Assembly: GCA_964035545.1 (NCBI GenBank)
Contig: OZ037766.1
Location: 16,730,722-16,794,721, forward strand
Length of the DNA stretch: 64,000 bases
Direction: 5' to 3'
Origin: Bugula neritina
Lineage: Eukaryota; Animalia; Bryozoa
The notes under the pieces were generated by a model. The model was not told the DNA's origin, ran no database searches, and was given only the letters and a program-made list of their open reading frames with translations. This document shows positions 37,119-51,100 of this stretch, piece by piece. Numbering within the stretch: the first letter of the stretch is position 1; each line of letters starts with the position of its first letter. The position numbers were made by a program, and so were the translations under genes.

Positions 37119-39501
37119 GAGCTCAATGAAAAAGTACGCTTCTTTTTGTCCAACCATGACCGGGATAAAGGGTTCTAATTAATGCTTTTAAAATAGACTT
37201 TTACAGATATTTATAGACATTAAGTATGATTAAATAAATAGCTACCAAGCCAGCTATTTGCTTTTTAATCCAATGTTAAAATATTAAATCAAACTATGAC
37301 AATTATCTCCGTATGTACAGGAGAGGATTTTATCGGTAATTAATTGTTTCACAATGAACCAGACAGCAGTCATCAAGAAGGGCCAAGGGCATAATATTTT
37401 ATACATGAGCTACAGACACCAAAAAGATCGAACCCATGGATTAAAACAGTATTGGAGATGTGTGGGTTTCAGTCCAATAGACGACCCCTAGATAGACGGC
37501 CATCAATATAATCTACTTAGGTGACCCCTAACTGGACAACTTCTATTTAGAAATTAAAAAAATGATATTTGATACTGAGTTGCATTTATTTATGTTATTT
37601 ATAATGATAATATTTACTTTTATATTGATATTAATTCATAATGATATTTATCACCATGATGACAATCTTAATTATATAATGATGTGACTTTTATTCACAT
37701 TGACTATTGTGATAGAATTCGTCTTGATATTCATAATGCTCAAGTTGATACTTCCAATCACCAATGTGAATGTTAGTTTGAGCCAGAAGGTGAAGGGCAG
37801 TGACACTCAGTCTCACATTGACAGTTAAGTGCTAGCGGATCCAGACATTTCAAAAATGACAATTGGAAAACACCTATTTGGAAACTAAACATATCACTAA
37901 TAGACAACTGGAAAATAGACAATTAGAAAATGGGTAATTGGAAAATAGACGTTTGGAAAATGAAGAATATTCAATATTGCCTGGTCCGGAGGGTGTCCAG
38001 TAAAAGTAGCACAGGTAATAATGGCACAAATGGCAAAGTAGCTAAAAATGTTGTATAGTAAATCTTTATATCATATATGTGGTTTCTAATATCTCCATTA
38101 CTGCACCTACCTCATTTTCTAAAAGTCTTTATTTCAATTGTCGCATCACCAGTGCTGGCCTAGGGCATAAATTAAGGTAAAGTATTTAATTGAATTTTAA
38201 ACAAAAATAAATCAAAATAAAATTGAAATATGATTCCAATACCTGCTACTTTCAAATTATGATGATTATCATAATTATAATAAATGATTAGGTATCATTA
38301 TGACTATGAGTATCAGTATGACTATGATAATTATTATTATGGTTATCAGTATGACTAATATTATGTTTAATAGTATTATAGTTACTAATACCACAAGGCA
38401 TTACTGAGAGTACGCCTAATATTTATATTTAACTTTATATCACAATGATCAAGATGAAGATCATACTCAAATCAACTTGAATAATAATATCAATATGAAT
38501 ATGATCATAAACTTAAAGAATATAATATAAATATTATAATATTTTAATTCATTCTTCATAATTTGAATTAATATTATTAAAATTATTACTATGAGTTATA
38601 CTGTATAAGTATATTAACACATTAATATTATTTGCATCTTAGTTTATTACCCTAGTAGTAGTTGATGTAGAATTTCCGCAGCAACTGAAATGTATAACTT
38701 AACTATAATAATAAACTTAAAGTTAAAGGAAAGCTTACTGTTGCGTAATTATTTATTATATTCATATTCATATTGATATTCACTTATAGTAATAAATTTG
38801 ATTTTGATTGAAATTATGAGAATTGTTAGCTTTTTATCATATTGATACTTGTTACCACTACCAGAGTTATAATTTTTGTTATTGCAGTCATAAATGAGAC
38901 TAATGAAAAGCATGCCGCGAATACTTAAAACCCGGAAATTCTAATAACCGCATGTTCACGACTTCCTATGGCTATTAATTTTACTATAATTATTATTACT
39001 ATAACAATCAGTATCAGCATTAGTAGCTTACCTTAACACTATTGCTCTGTATTCCATTCAAAAATTTTAAAGTGAAGTATAAAATTTAAGGGTTGTCATT
39101 ATTATCATTACTGTTATGCCTAAATATATTATAATTTAAAAGTTAAACTGTTACTATAGGCAATGACATAGTATTAGTATCAGTATGAGTATGACTATGA
39201 GTATGACTATGACTATCATCAGTGCTAGACTCAGACTGCTAATATAAATATATAAATTTCCTAGTAATCAATACTAATGAGTAGTTATTTGACATGTTCA
39301 TGTTAGCACTACTACTTCTGCTGCTGCTGCTGCTACTACTTGTACTGCTAGTGCTACTGTTGCTACCAGTACCACTGGTAGTACTACGTCTACTGGTAGT
39401 AGTGCAAGAAGGCCAAACAACCTAAGTCATTTGGTAAAACAGCTGAAAAGATTGTTTATAAACAACAAAGAACATATAACAAGTGTAAGCAATAAGAATA
39501 T

Positions 39502-39910
39502 TGTGATAGATTTTAGTGGTGCAATCGTTATTGTTATTAATCGAATAGGTTCACTCTATATTGTTTATTATATTGTAAGTTCGACCACATCGGCATGTAG
39601 CTATGGACAGCAGTGGCACCACTAGTAACCACCAATCAGGACAGGCACACTAATTGAAGGCAGGTGGAGCTAGCTACTCGTAGTTGCAGTGTGCTGAGTA
39701 GCTAGCCAGCAGAGCAGCTTGGGACTTCATTTAGAGTAGTTGTGTATTAAAGCTCACTAATTATGTAATCGTTTCTATTCATGTTAGCAGTAAATAACCT
39801 TCTTGTATTCGTGTAAATAATAAAGTTATCTTAGCGTAAACAACCTGGTGTAGTGGCTTTGTTTAAGTTGACCCACACATAATAATAGTGAACTGGCAAA
39901 ATTCGCTACA
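39502..39910 (+). repeat. 5' LTR of gypsy element 2
   Basis: TG...CA direct repeat of 43663-44071. Confidence 0.95.
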
Positions 39911-40244
39911 GTGGTGGCAGCGGTGGGATTCCACTTAATACAAATGCTCCTAGCCAGGGAGTAAGATGGCCGACAAAGTCGACGTGCCCAGACAGGAGCC
40001 AGCAGCAGTAGAGGAGGATCACATTGACAGCAGTCGACAGCCGAGAGACCCAGGAGGTCGTCGGTAGCTGTCGACGACAGGCGCAGCCCCGTATGCTGGG
40101 GCTGTGGTAGTGGTGGGCACTTCATACGAAGTTGCCCCCGCGGCAGTGGGAGGCGGTTAAACAGAGACGGCCCACGGTAACTTCCGCCGACCGTGGGCCC
40201 CAGTTTAACCCCCAAGGCAGAGGCCAAGGCCCAAACCCCACCGG

Positions 40245-42877
40245 GTGAGGAGGCCGCCTTCGCCAGAGTGGCAAGCCCCAAGGAGAGTGAGTAGGCCGCA
40301 AGGCCCACCAAAACCTCCGGCTTGGGCACTCAAAAACCGCTTTGAAGGTTTGCTTGATGAGGGAGTGAACGACGAGTGGGAGCAAAACAGGGATTTTCCT
40401 CGGTTGCCCACACGAGCATCAGTCCGAGAATTCACTCGGCCGCCCGTGTGTGAGCGAGACCGAGACGTACCCTGCCCGCCCATGCAACGTCGACGACCCC
40501 CTCGCAACCGAAAAGCACAGGTGCATCCCCAACTCCATGCACATGAGGTGTCGCCTCAAGAGACGAACCGCTCAGTGAGCGCTCAGCCATATGGAAGCAG
40601 CTATTTCCTCCCCGGCAAACTTGCTGGCAAAGCTGTCACATTCCTGTTGGATACTGGGTGCACCACAAATCTACTGAGTCGGCGTCTATTGGACACTCTC
40701 AGTGCCAGGGACAGGGCTAGCCTAGAACCATATGAAGGGGAACACGGCACGTTGGCGGACGGGTCGTGTATTCCTTTCTATGGGGTAATCCAGTTGACTG
40801 GTAGAGTCCGTGATCAGACGACCAGTGAGACCTTCATCGTCAGTCAACTCAAGGAGGATGCCATCTTGGGCATGCCATTTCTGAAACGACACAGGTGCTA
40901 CATAGACTTTAGCAAGTCGGCAGTAGTGATGGCCGGGCGTGAGCTGGCCTGTGTCGACCGATTTGGCCGACCCTTGGTGGGGGGAGTGCAGGTGGTACAG
41001 CGCTGTACTGTACCTGGGCGCTCCCGGGCTACAGTTCGCTGCAGAGTGAACTGTAGGGAAATCTCCGAGCTCGGAGTGGTGGAAGGTGCACTGGGGGGTG
41101 TCCAGCTCGCTAACAGTCTGAATAGGCTGGATGAGCGGGGGAGTTCCTGGTCCAGTGCGTAAATCCTTTTACGGAGCCGGTAGAATTACCGGCTGGGTCT
41201 CTAGTGGGGAAGTTCCACTCCGTACAGGAGGAGGATGTAGGGCCCACGCTGGAAACAGCGGACGACGCCCGGGGAGTACCCACTAGAGACGGCAGGGGGC
41301 TGGTGCCTGAACACGTAGCAGAGTTGTACGAGGATGCCTGCGATGGCTGTGAGAGCAAGCGAGAACGCCTGGTGATGGCGCGGCTACTCTCTGAGTACAA
41401 GGACGTGTTTAGTTGCGGCGACCATGACATGGGTCTGACTAAGACTGTCTGTCATGAGATACCCCTGGCGGCGGGGACGGCGCCCATTCGGCAGCCGACC
41501 CGCCGGTTAGGTCCTGAGAAGGAGAGAGAAGTGAGCCGTCAGGTGCAAGACCTTCTGAACCGGGACCTGATTGAGCCAGGCCATGGGGCCTGGAGTTCTC
41601 CAGTCGTCCTGGTTCGGAAAAAGGATGGTAGCTGGAGGTTTTGCGTTGACTATCGCAGGCTGAACAGCGTGACCATCCAGGACGCTTACCCTCTCCCTAG
41701 GATCGATGAGTCGCTCGATGCCTTAGCTGGTAGCAAGTTCCTCAGCACGTTAGACTTGCTAAGCGGGTATTGGCAGGTGCCCCTGAGTCCTGAAGCACAG
41801 GACAAGGCCGCGTTTATAACGCGGGATGGGCTCTAGAAATGGAAGGTGTTGCCATTCGGACTTACGTCCGCACCGGCCACCTTCCAGCGACTCATGGAGC
41901 AGGTCCTGAGTGGGCTGCACTGGAAGACCTTGCTCATCTATCTCGATGATGTCATCGTCATCTCCCCCGACTTCGACACACATGTCAGTCGACTCAGGGA
42001 GGTGTTCGACAGACTTCGAGCTGCGGGCCTGAAGCTCAAGCCCTCGAAGTGTGCATTACTGCAACGCGAGGTTAAGTACCTGGGCCATGTAGTTGGTCGA
42101 GACGGGGTCGCCACCGACCCCGAGAAGGTACGGGCTGTGAGGGACTGGGCCGTCCCTGTCGACCTCCCTGAATTGCGGTCATTCCTGGGGCTGGTAGGGT
42201 ACTATCGTCAGTACATACCAGACTTCGCCGGAATTGCACAGCCGTTAAATCGGCTGACAGCAAAGGGGGTGCGATGGCAGTGGACGCAGGCCGAGCAGAA
42301 GGCATTTGACCACCTGAAGGATCGCCTGGTGGAAGCACCCATCTTGGCGTATCCTGACCCTGCGAAGGAGTACATTTTGGATACTGATGCCAGTAACCAT
42401 AATGTGGGGGCTGTGCTATCGCAGGTCCAAGATGGTCGCGAGGTGGTGGTGGCTTACTATAGCAAGGCCCTGTCGGCGCCTGAGAAGAACTACTGTACAA
42501 CCAGGAGGGAACTCTTGGCAGTAGTCAAGGCGGTCAAACACTTTAGACCATGTCTATATGGGCGTACATTCCGGCTTCGGACGGATCATGCGTCTTTGAT
42601 ATGGCTGTGTCGACGGGCAGAACCATCAAGCCAAGTAGCGCGCTGGCTAGAGATCCTGGCAGAGTTTTCTTATCGGATCGAGCATCGACCCGGTAAGAAA
42701 CACGGTAATGCAGATGGACTCAGCCGCCGCCAGGCAGATGGGTGTAAGCAGTGCCAGAATATCGAGCGCAGGGACGGTGGACCCCCTCGCTCGGACGTTG
42801 AAGCGCAGTTGGGGAAAGCGGGTGTGTACAGCTGGGAAGAAGGGCAACTCCTGCCCGAATCTCCAAGAGACAACTGA
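40245..42877 (+). pseudogene. pol (PR-RT-RNase H) of gypsy element 2, disrupted and lacking integrase
   Basis: ORFs 40245-41162, 41204-41836 and 41846-42877. Frameshift in a G-run near 41140, in-frame TAG at 41834, and the frame ends shortly after NADGLSR. Confidence 0.9.
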
Positions 42878-43662
42878 CAGAGAAGTTCTTTCCTTTTCTC
42901 GTCCTAGCGACAACATATCGACGTAACATATTTTAAGAAGAATACCGTTAGGCAGAGTAGCTCTTCCCTCTTCTCTCCTGGCGACGACATACGATGTAGA
43001 CAGAGTAGTTCTTCCCTCTTCTCTCCTGGCGACAACACACCGACGTAAGCAGAGTAGTTCCTCAACCTTGAGCAGTCTCACCCGTGGGTACATCCTAATA
43101 ATAAAACTGTATAAAATAATAAGAAGAAGAAGTAATATTAAAGATTCCTGCATGAAGTAAAAAGTAAATATAAAAGTCAAGATGAAGAAGTCTTTCCTTT
43201 CCTCCTTTTTGGGAATTCGACGGCGATGAGTGTGGATGTTGGTATTAAAGAGACCAGTCAACCCCCTCCATCTCCCCCCTTTGGGGAGATTCCTTCGTAC
43301 TCTCCAACCCCTTTTCCTTCTCTCCCCCTTTGGAGAGATTCCTTTGCCACGCTTGATTCTTCTGGGGACTCCTCGACCCCCATCGCTTGGTTTCGACTAT
43401 ATGAGTGTGAAGCAGTACCTCTCCTTCTCACTAAGTTCATGCTACCCTACATTATTTGGTGAGAGACCCTCTACCCTGTGACGGACCCGGATCGATCGTT
43501 TTACAATATGGAAATCATTTTGAATACATATTTTGTGTTCTCTCATTCCTGTTGTTGTTTTTGGTCTTTTATTTTATTTTATTTTATTTCATTTTATTTT
43601 TCATTTTTATGTTGTCATGCAAGCATCAATCGTAGAGTGTACTTTTCGATAGGTGTGGCGAG

Positions 43663-44071
43663 TGTGATAGATTTTAGTGGTGCAATCATTATTGTTATTA
43701 ATCGAAAAGGTTCACTCTATATTGTTTATTATATTGTAAGTTCGACCACATCGGCATGTAGCTATGGACAGCAGTGGCACCAATAGTAACCACCAATCAG
43801 GACAGGCACACTAATTGATGGCAGGTGGAGCTAGCTACTCGTAGTTGCAGTGCGCTGAGTAGCTAGCCGGCAGAGCAGCTTGGGACTTCATTTAGAGTAG
43901 TTGTGTATTAAAGCTCACTAATTATGTAATCGTTTCTATTCATGTTAGCAGTAAATAACCTTCTTGTATTCGTGTAAATAATAAAGTTATCTTAGCGTAA
44001 ACAACCTGGTGTAGTGGCTTTGTTTAAGTTGACCCACACATAATAATAGTGAACTGGCAAAATTCACTACA
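43663..44071 (+). repeat. 3' LTR of gypsy element 2
   Basis: Followed by the TSD ATAT. Confidence 0.95.
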
Positions 44072-47000
44072 ATATAAACAAGGCGAAGAACGACTAAAAA
44101 TAGGTCAGAGGGATGAAGATCAATTTCCTTGTGAATAAGATATTTGGCCAACTGGCAAGAGAAAACTCTTTTTATTGCGATAGTGCTGTTGGAGTTTAAG
44201 CGCATTGCTATTTCATATGTCGATTTCCTTTAATTTTTGTAATAGCTGTTGATAGCGCCATGGATGAAGTTTTGTTGAAAAACCAGCAAGCCTGTGATCA
44301 GTGTCACAATTAGCACACTGATATGTCTGGTTATATAACACTTTCAACAGGTGGTTCCAGCAAATAATTACAAAATTCAAGTTGATGACACCAATAAACT
44401 TTCTGGTGGATCTTTCTAAAGAATAATAAGTTGGTAATATAGCGATAATTTTTTGAGCAGAGCTTTAGGAAGTGTTGGCCTTTTATGTTGTCTGTCCTAA
44501 CACCAAACTTTCTCAAAAAACTTGACTGCTTCAACTGGGGTAAATATTTCTGCAAAGAGAACTATTTTTGAGGTGGATTATTGCATAATTGTATCATCTA
44601 GATAGAATTAAAATATATCATCAGTTGTTGTGAGTGTTGGTGCAAAGGCATTGATTTTTTTATATTTCCTTGTCACTTTTAACTTTGGAATAAAAAATGC
44701 AATCGCTGATAGCTTATGGTGTTTTTTGTAGATTATTCAACATAGTGAAATCAGTTCTATAGGTATGGGGTTTACACCAGCTTCTTCAAACCAGCAGAAG
44801 GTACATTTTGATGGTGCCCATTCCTTCAAGACGGTTTTCCTACAGACCAGCTATTGAATCACATCCTTGTGGTAAATTGGAGTCAATCAGAATTTGAATC
44901 ACTATGGATAACATCTAAGCCACTAATTGTGTTTATTTTGGCCATTATCGACTGTAGGTTTTATGTAGATATATTTAGTTTAAAATTTTGAGGTGAATTT
45001 AGAGCAAGGAGATTGGAGCAAATCAATTAAAGTACTGTTGGTGCACTAAAGCACCTTTTTGGCTAGGAGCTGCCTGGTTTAAGTGGACAGTAATTACCAT
45101 CAATTCGCAAAAAATCATTTTAATCTAGGGATAAATGTTCATGGCACTTGCACTTTCTTACTCTGACTCATTATTTTTAACCAATCAATCTCTTTCCCTA
45201 GAAGCTTTTTCTTGCAAAGGCACACTATCAGATTTTTTTGTCTGTTTCTTGGTGGCTGAGTTGAAGATGTTGAAAGAGCCTATTAACCTCTCTTGGGTGG
45301 TCCTATCACTTATCAGGGGATTTCTTATCTTGACATAACCTTTGCTAGACGAAGAGCATAGCAAATACATCTGACAGCATGTCTAGATGCAAGGGCTGCT
45401 GCCAAAGCATGCTGCCGCTAGCTATTGCCATCATTAATTTTTAAAATGTAGTTAAGGTCGTGGAAAAGAAGAATAAGGAGAATAGCATGTCATTTATATA
45501 GATTCTAAATACAACATAAAGTAACTGTAGATAATCTTATTTATTTCGTTAGCCATAACCACAACATTTTCTATTTTAAAGTTGATGTTTCTCTAGCCAC
45601 AGAGTTGGATTTAAATCAAATTATATGGCAATAATCATTATCATAATGGGTTCTATTTTCAATGTGACAGGATTTCACTAATTTTACTGATAATAATAGT
45701 GTTTATTGTACCAACAACACTATTGATTGCATTAAATTTACGATGAATATTAGCATTAGCATAAAATCATTATTGTCATTGCCATTATAATCATTATCAG
45801 TGATAATGATTAGTTATAATAATAATCATTAAGCCCCCTTTATAAAGTTATTTTGCCTCTATATTTATCATAATTATTAAAAATTTTTAAAAGATGTTGT
45901 AATCTAAAAGTTAAAAAAAAATTGTGATAGCAATAGCTGTGATGATGATTTCGTGGTGCAAAACTAAGTGATTCTCACATTTTCATTTTAATATTAGTAT
46001 GATAATGTGAATGCTACCTACAAGTGTATATCTACTCTTTACTGTATTTGTAGGTCATTCTGTAGCTTACCAAATGTCACGATGAATTTAACAACTGGTT
46101 TAAGCTATCAGTATTGTGGATGTAACTGTCGCCATTACTGATTACTAATTAGTAAGTGCACAGACAGGTTCAATTGGAATAGATAGTTTTAATAGTGCCA
46201 TAATCATGATTGCATTCACAAATAGTATGAATATAAGTAAATAGTATCACACCATTGATCTTACATCTAAAATAATTGAATTTGTATCATTATATTGAAG
46301 AAGTAATGACTGTCTAGGCTCAAAATTAATATTTATTCCGCCTGTGTATAATTGCAAGAGTGAATGTTACATAATTTTCAAACATAGGACTTGCTATTCC
46401 AGTGTACCTACCATATTTTATGCTCATAACTTGAAAAAATATGTGCCTAATGAATTATCATTCATAGTACAGTAAATTGTGTGCGTGTGGTGTCAGATAG
46501 TTGTTATATCTTGTTTTAAAGTGTCTTACAGTGAGCCTCTACATATGTTTCAGATTTGGTTGATTTGGAAATAGTGGTGTTCTTATTTAAAAGTAGTAAA
46601 ATGGTTCCTAAGCATGACACCTCCCAGATAGATAGCAATGTTCTTTTTCTTTGTAAAAGAGGGCTTTTTCAAGCAATAAGGGTTTTTATGGAAGTAATTT
46701 CACACTTTTTCCTCGTATAGTGTACTTCAATTTGTGTTTTTAACCACTCTTTCAAAAGTGGTCTTGCTGCCTCATCAAATCTGATGATTTAAGTGATCTA
46801 AACTCTTTATTTGTTGACTAATTGTGAAAACATTAAACAGATTTAGTTCTAATAAATTGCTAAACCTGGTGATAAAATGTGAAACTAATAAGATAACAAT
46901 ATGCTTGACTCACAGATTTTTTTTCTCACCGACTCAGTACTAATTATACTCTGTATTGAACAACCCTTAGTTGGTAACTGAGACTGATCTATGGGAAAAA

Positions 47001-48065
47001 TGTAATCGTATACTTAGATGTAATGCATCAGTAATGAACTTTATAAATGTTTGAATTGTAATATTATGTTGTTTAACTTACCATCTCAATTTGTCACAAC
47101 TTTATTTTCATAAGCAATAATAAATGCTGTATAAAGTTTGTTGATCAATAATCTTTAGCTTACAACTAAGATGATATGTAAATTTTATTACTGGATAAAT
47201 TAGTTGTTGAAGCTCATTTTTTTAAAACTAGTTAAGTCCGAAGGTAGCCAGTTCTGTAATAAAGGCATGTAACTACAGCTATCAGTTAGTGCCATTACTT
47301 GACATATAGCTGAAAAAATATCTAGTTGCTAATGCTGCTGTGATATGTAAACAATGTTGCCTTTTTTGTACTCTAATGCACTTAATGAGCACCAATTAAA
47401 ATTTTCCTTTTGTAAGTTTTTTGTATTATGGCATTTAATTTAATTTGGCATCTTATTTCCAGCATCAACTCTACTGGCTGAATATTTTTAGCTACATGCA
47501 GTTCTATATGTATGCTATTTAAATTATCAAAAGGATAATTAATACAAGTTAGTTTTCATTATGTAAAAATCAAGGTTCAAATGACCACTAGGCTTGTAAA
47601 GACTATTTTAATTAGCTATAATCCTACTCCCTTAATGACGTCACTTTGTTTGCAAAACTTGAGTATGTGTGTAGAATTATACTGCGTATCAACTTTTTAT
47701 TTAATTAAACAAGTATATTATGCAATATTTAAATTGCTGTTGGCTAATAAATCTGATAGCTTTGTTTACAGAAACCCTTTGATATTGATAAAGTTTGATA
47801 TTTGCTTATTTCCAGGGACATGAAAGTGATGAAATGACATGATAGCATAAAATATTCATTTTTATCACCATCATATTATTATTTGAGAATAAAATTGTGA
47901 CTTTAATTAATTAAGTTATGTTTTTTTTCAATTTAAATTTACTCTCTGGTAAATATTGAAGTGAAAGCAGAGTTTAATCATTAAGCTATTAATATTGTAT
48001 AATATGGGGTTTGCAAATAGAGCCATTGCTAAAAGTTTCTCTATAGGGCACTAATTTGTAGTAGT

Positions 48066-48110
48066 GACCAATCACAAGGTTCTTGCTGTCAAGCTGATCT
48101 ATAAAAGCTT
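48066..48110 (+). promoter_or_regulatory. Putative core promoter of the mucin gene (CCAAT box and TATA box)
   Basis: gaccaatcac near 48068 and ctataaaag near 48100, about 70 bp upstream of the signal-peptide ATG at 48170. Confidence 0.55.
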
Positions 48111-48169
48111 TTGCTAAACTTTAACTGGGCATATTATTTTGCGCCACTTGAGGAGAAATTTTTTCAATC

Positions 48170-51100
48170 ATGAGGCGCCTAGGCACTGTCTGCTTAGCTG
48201 TTACAGTGCTGACAGGGTAGGTCACCGAAAGACTAATGTGTTTAATTTAATGCTGTCTAACTTACTCTATAGTTCAGAAAGTATATATAGCTATAACAAA
48301 TGTCTTTATATTATGTTTTGTTTTAATTTTTTGTTGTTGATATTTCAGGCTTATACAAACGACTCAAAGTGCTAGCGAAAGTAAGTTTGCTTAAATAATT
48401 TTTTTAGATTTACAACTTAAAACCACATTTTATAATGTAATTTAGTTTCGGAAATTATTTTCTGTAGTTCTCATTAGTATGTAGGTACTAGGTATAGCCA
48501 TTAGAAGAAGTGTTATTCCAAAAACTTGAACTAATTTATTGTAAAGTTTAGAGTATGATTTAATATTCTATATGGCTTTGTTAAATTTAAATCTGTTTAT
48601 TTTAGATATTTATCTTTTTCTCTAATTTGATAAATCTGTATAATGCTTTCAAAATTATTAATTAGTGAACTCCTCATGCCATAGATTCTGTGTGTTGACT
48701 CAGTGTTTCTGCGTTTGTAGTTCTTACTGTGCCGTTTTTCACTGGAGACTCTTACAATGTGCCAAATTCATTTGTAACCAGCAGCTCTTCAGCTAAAGAG
48801 TATTGTCTGGCATGGAACCAAGGGCAGTATCGCACATTTGATGGCAAAGAGTATACATACCCAAGCAAATGTACATATATATTTGCCAAAGATTGTGAGC
48901 TTCAGACATTTTCAATCTACACAACCAATGGTGAAACATGCTCTCCCACAGAGAAGTGTGTTACTCAAATAGATGTATACATTGGGATGGAGCATGCTCT
49001 GAGTTTAAACAGAGTTAATGGAATTGTCACTGTGAGTATCATTTTGCTATATTACGCGAAATTTTTATTAGTTGTTGGCATAGATAGATAACAATATAGC
49101 GCTTTACTTTATGGTGTTTCATAGAATTTAAAAATATACTGGTAAAAATGTAGACAATATAATTATAATTGTAAGGATGCAGCAAACTTGCAATGCTTCT
49201 TTTATTTTATATAATACTCACACATTTGATTTATATACCTGTACATGTCTGAAAGTGTTTGGTCTGTGTATTATGTGATGGATATGTTTATATGTTTGTT
49301 GTTTTTTTTTATAAAGTTTGATTGCAAACAATATAGTAAAACAAAAAAATATTGTTTTTTCTTCTAATCTTATGGTAGTTCATCGTTCAAATTAGCTAAA
49401 TACCGTTTATTCAGAACCTTCTCAGTGTTTGGTGTTTGTCACAGGTGACCGACAGACTGACAAACTCCCTGGTTGTGGCTCCATCTATTGTGCAAGGCTT
49501 GGTGGTGGAAGAAATCTCTCACTATGTGTTTGTTGAGAGTAAGAAACTTGGCTTCAAGCTGCAGTGGGATGGCTTCAACTACATCAACTTTGAAGTATGT
49601 TAATTATCTAACTGCAACTCTAGAATAATTCTGCTCAGAGTTTATTTTTATAAAAAAGAAAATAATATTTTTCATTGTATTATAAACCCATCAGCAGTAA
49701 TATGCTGTTTTCCAACAGATGTTAGAAATTAATAACAGAAAAAATTTAAATTGAAAAACTTCTTACGAATAATTTGAAAGTACTCCTAAGTTCTGCCTTT
49801 TTTCTATTTGCTGCCATGCTCTATGGTTTATCTTGTATTTGTAATTAATTTGTTTCTGTTTTAAGGTGGATGAAGCTTTGAAGAATAAGACTTGTGGTCT
49901 CTGCGGCTTATATGATGGAAATCCAGACAACGATTTCTTTTTGCAAGACAAGTCTCTGGTTACTAGTCCCTCTACATTTGCCAGCGACTACAAGAAGTCT
50001 GAGCTCACAGGCGGTAGGGTGTTGAACTATGCATTGATTTCAGTCTGGCACTTTCATGTCCTGTAGGCTGGTTGGTGAATAATATATTAAACTGAAAGTT
50101 CAAGATATTTCAAGTTGATGTTAGTCTGGTTTATGTGGCCGGAATTATACTTGCCCTGAAATAACCACTGCGTGATAACAGTCATACATTGATGTGTAAT
50201 ATAGTTTACTTGTTTTGCATTTGAAATTAGATCTGCATAAGTGCTTATAAACAATTTGTTTTTACCAAAAAAGCTGAAATTACCAAAATTAAATGAACTT
50301 CCAATATATTTGGTCAGCCAGTGGGTGCCATTTTAGATTAGTTCTACATTGCACTATGTCAATGAGATCAGAGCATGTCCTCATTGTGGTTAAACATGTC
50401 TGTCATATCCCACGCGCATCTATCTCATGGTCTAGACTTAGGCTCATACTGTTGCAGCCCAATGTCAAGAGAATGTTCTCTATGATTCAACCTGCAACGG
50501 AGATGACCTTGCAAAAGCCCAGGCTTTCTGTCAAGACCTTATGAAGACAGACTATTTGGCTTGCCATGCTGTAAGTGACAATGTTAACATTTTTTTACAG
50601 CTTTGATATATTTTATTTGTATCCTGGATGTGACACTGGTTGGTTGTTTTGGCTGTAAAACTAGCTGCATCGTAAAAGCAAAGCAGTTAAAACTTTAGAT
50701 ATATCAATAAGCTTTATTGGCACTTTACTCAAATTATTTTATTTTGTATATTTTATTCATTTTTTCATTGTTTTATACCAGGTGCTAGAGCCACAATGGT
50801 ACATTAATACTTGTATCTCCAGCCACTGTGCTTCTGGGGAAATTGATGCTTGCACAAGTTTCCAGGCCTACTTTGATAACTGCCAGAAGAAAAATATTAG
50901 AATTGCTGATTGGCGAGCACTCCAGCCTGCTTGCTGTAGGTTTCAAAAGCTCATATATTATGCTAGCAACACACTGCAAGTTGAAATGTTTTATAGCCAG
51001 CTTTACTACTTGCACACACTCTGTTGTCATCCTCTTTTACCAAGTTATTGTATCATTAGAAATTGACTAACCAGCATAATGCTTTCGGCATCCTAGAAAT

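Larger units (their letters stand above)
39502..44071 (+). mobile_element. Ty3/gypsy LTR retrotransposon, internally deleted (lacks most of gag and the whole integrase)
   Basis: 409-bp LTRs at 39502-39910 and 43663-44071 (7 mismatches); 4-bp TSD ATAT; PBS TGGTGGCAGCGGTGGGATTC complementary to the tRNA-Leu 3' end; CCHC knuckle CWGCGSGGHFIRSC; protease FLLDTG; RT YLDD; RNase H DTDAS. No integrase HHCC/DDE motifs. Confidence 0.95.

Noticed and set aside
37830-38150. 15-bp gacaattggaaaata repeats and ggtaataatggcaca motifs suggesting a MITE
   Set aside because: Probably TE-derived, but I could not define termini or a TSD.
39300-39501. Thr/Ala/Ser-rich open frame interrupted by gypsy element 2
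   Set aside because: Low-complexity trinucleotide sequence; rejoining across the TSD hits a stop within a few codons.
39826-42929. Numerous antisense and overlapping ORFs within gypsy element 2
   Set aside because: Expected shadows of GC-rich pol sequence.
44072-45440. Possible decayed transposase on the minus strand (ORFs 44331..44555 and 45185..45370)
   Set aside because: It has a coding-like texture but no motif I can recognise; a BLASTx against Repbase would be needed.
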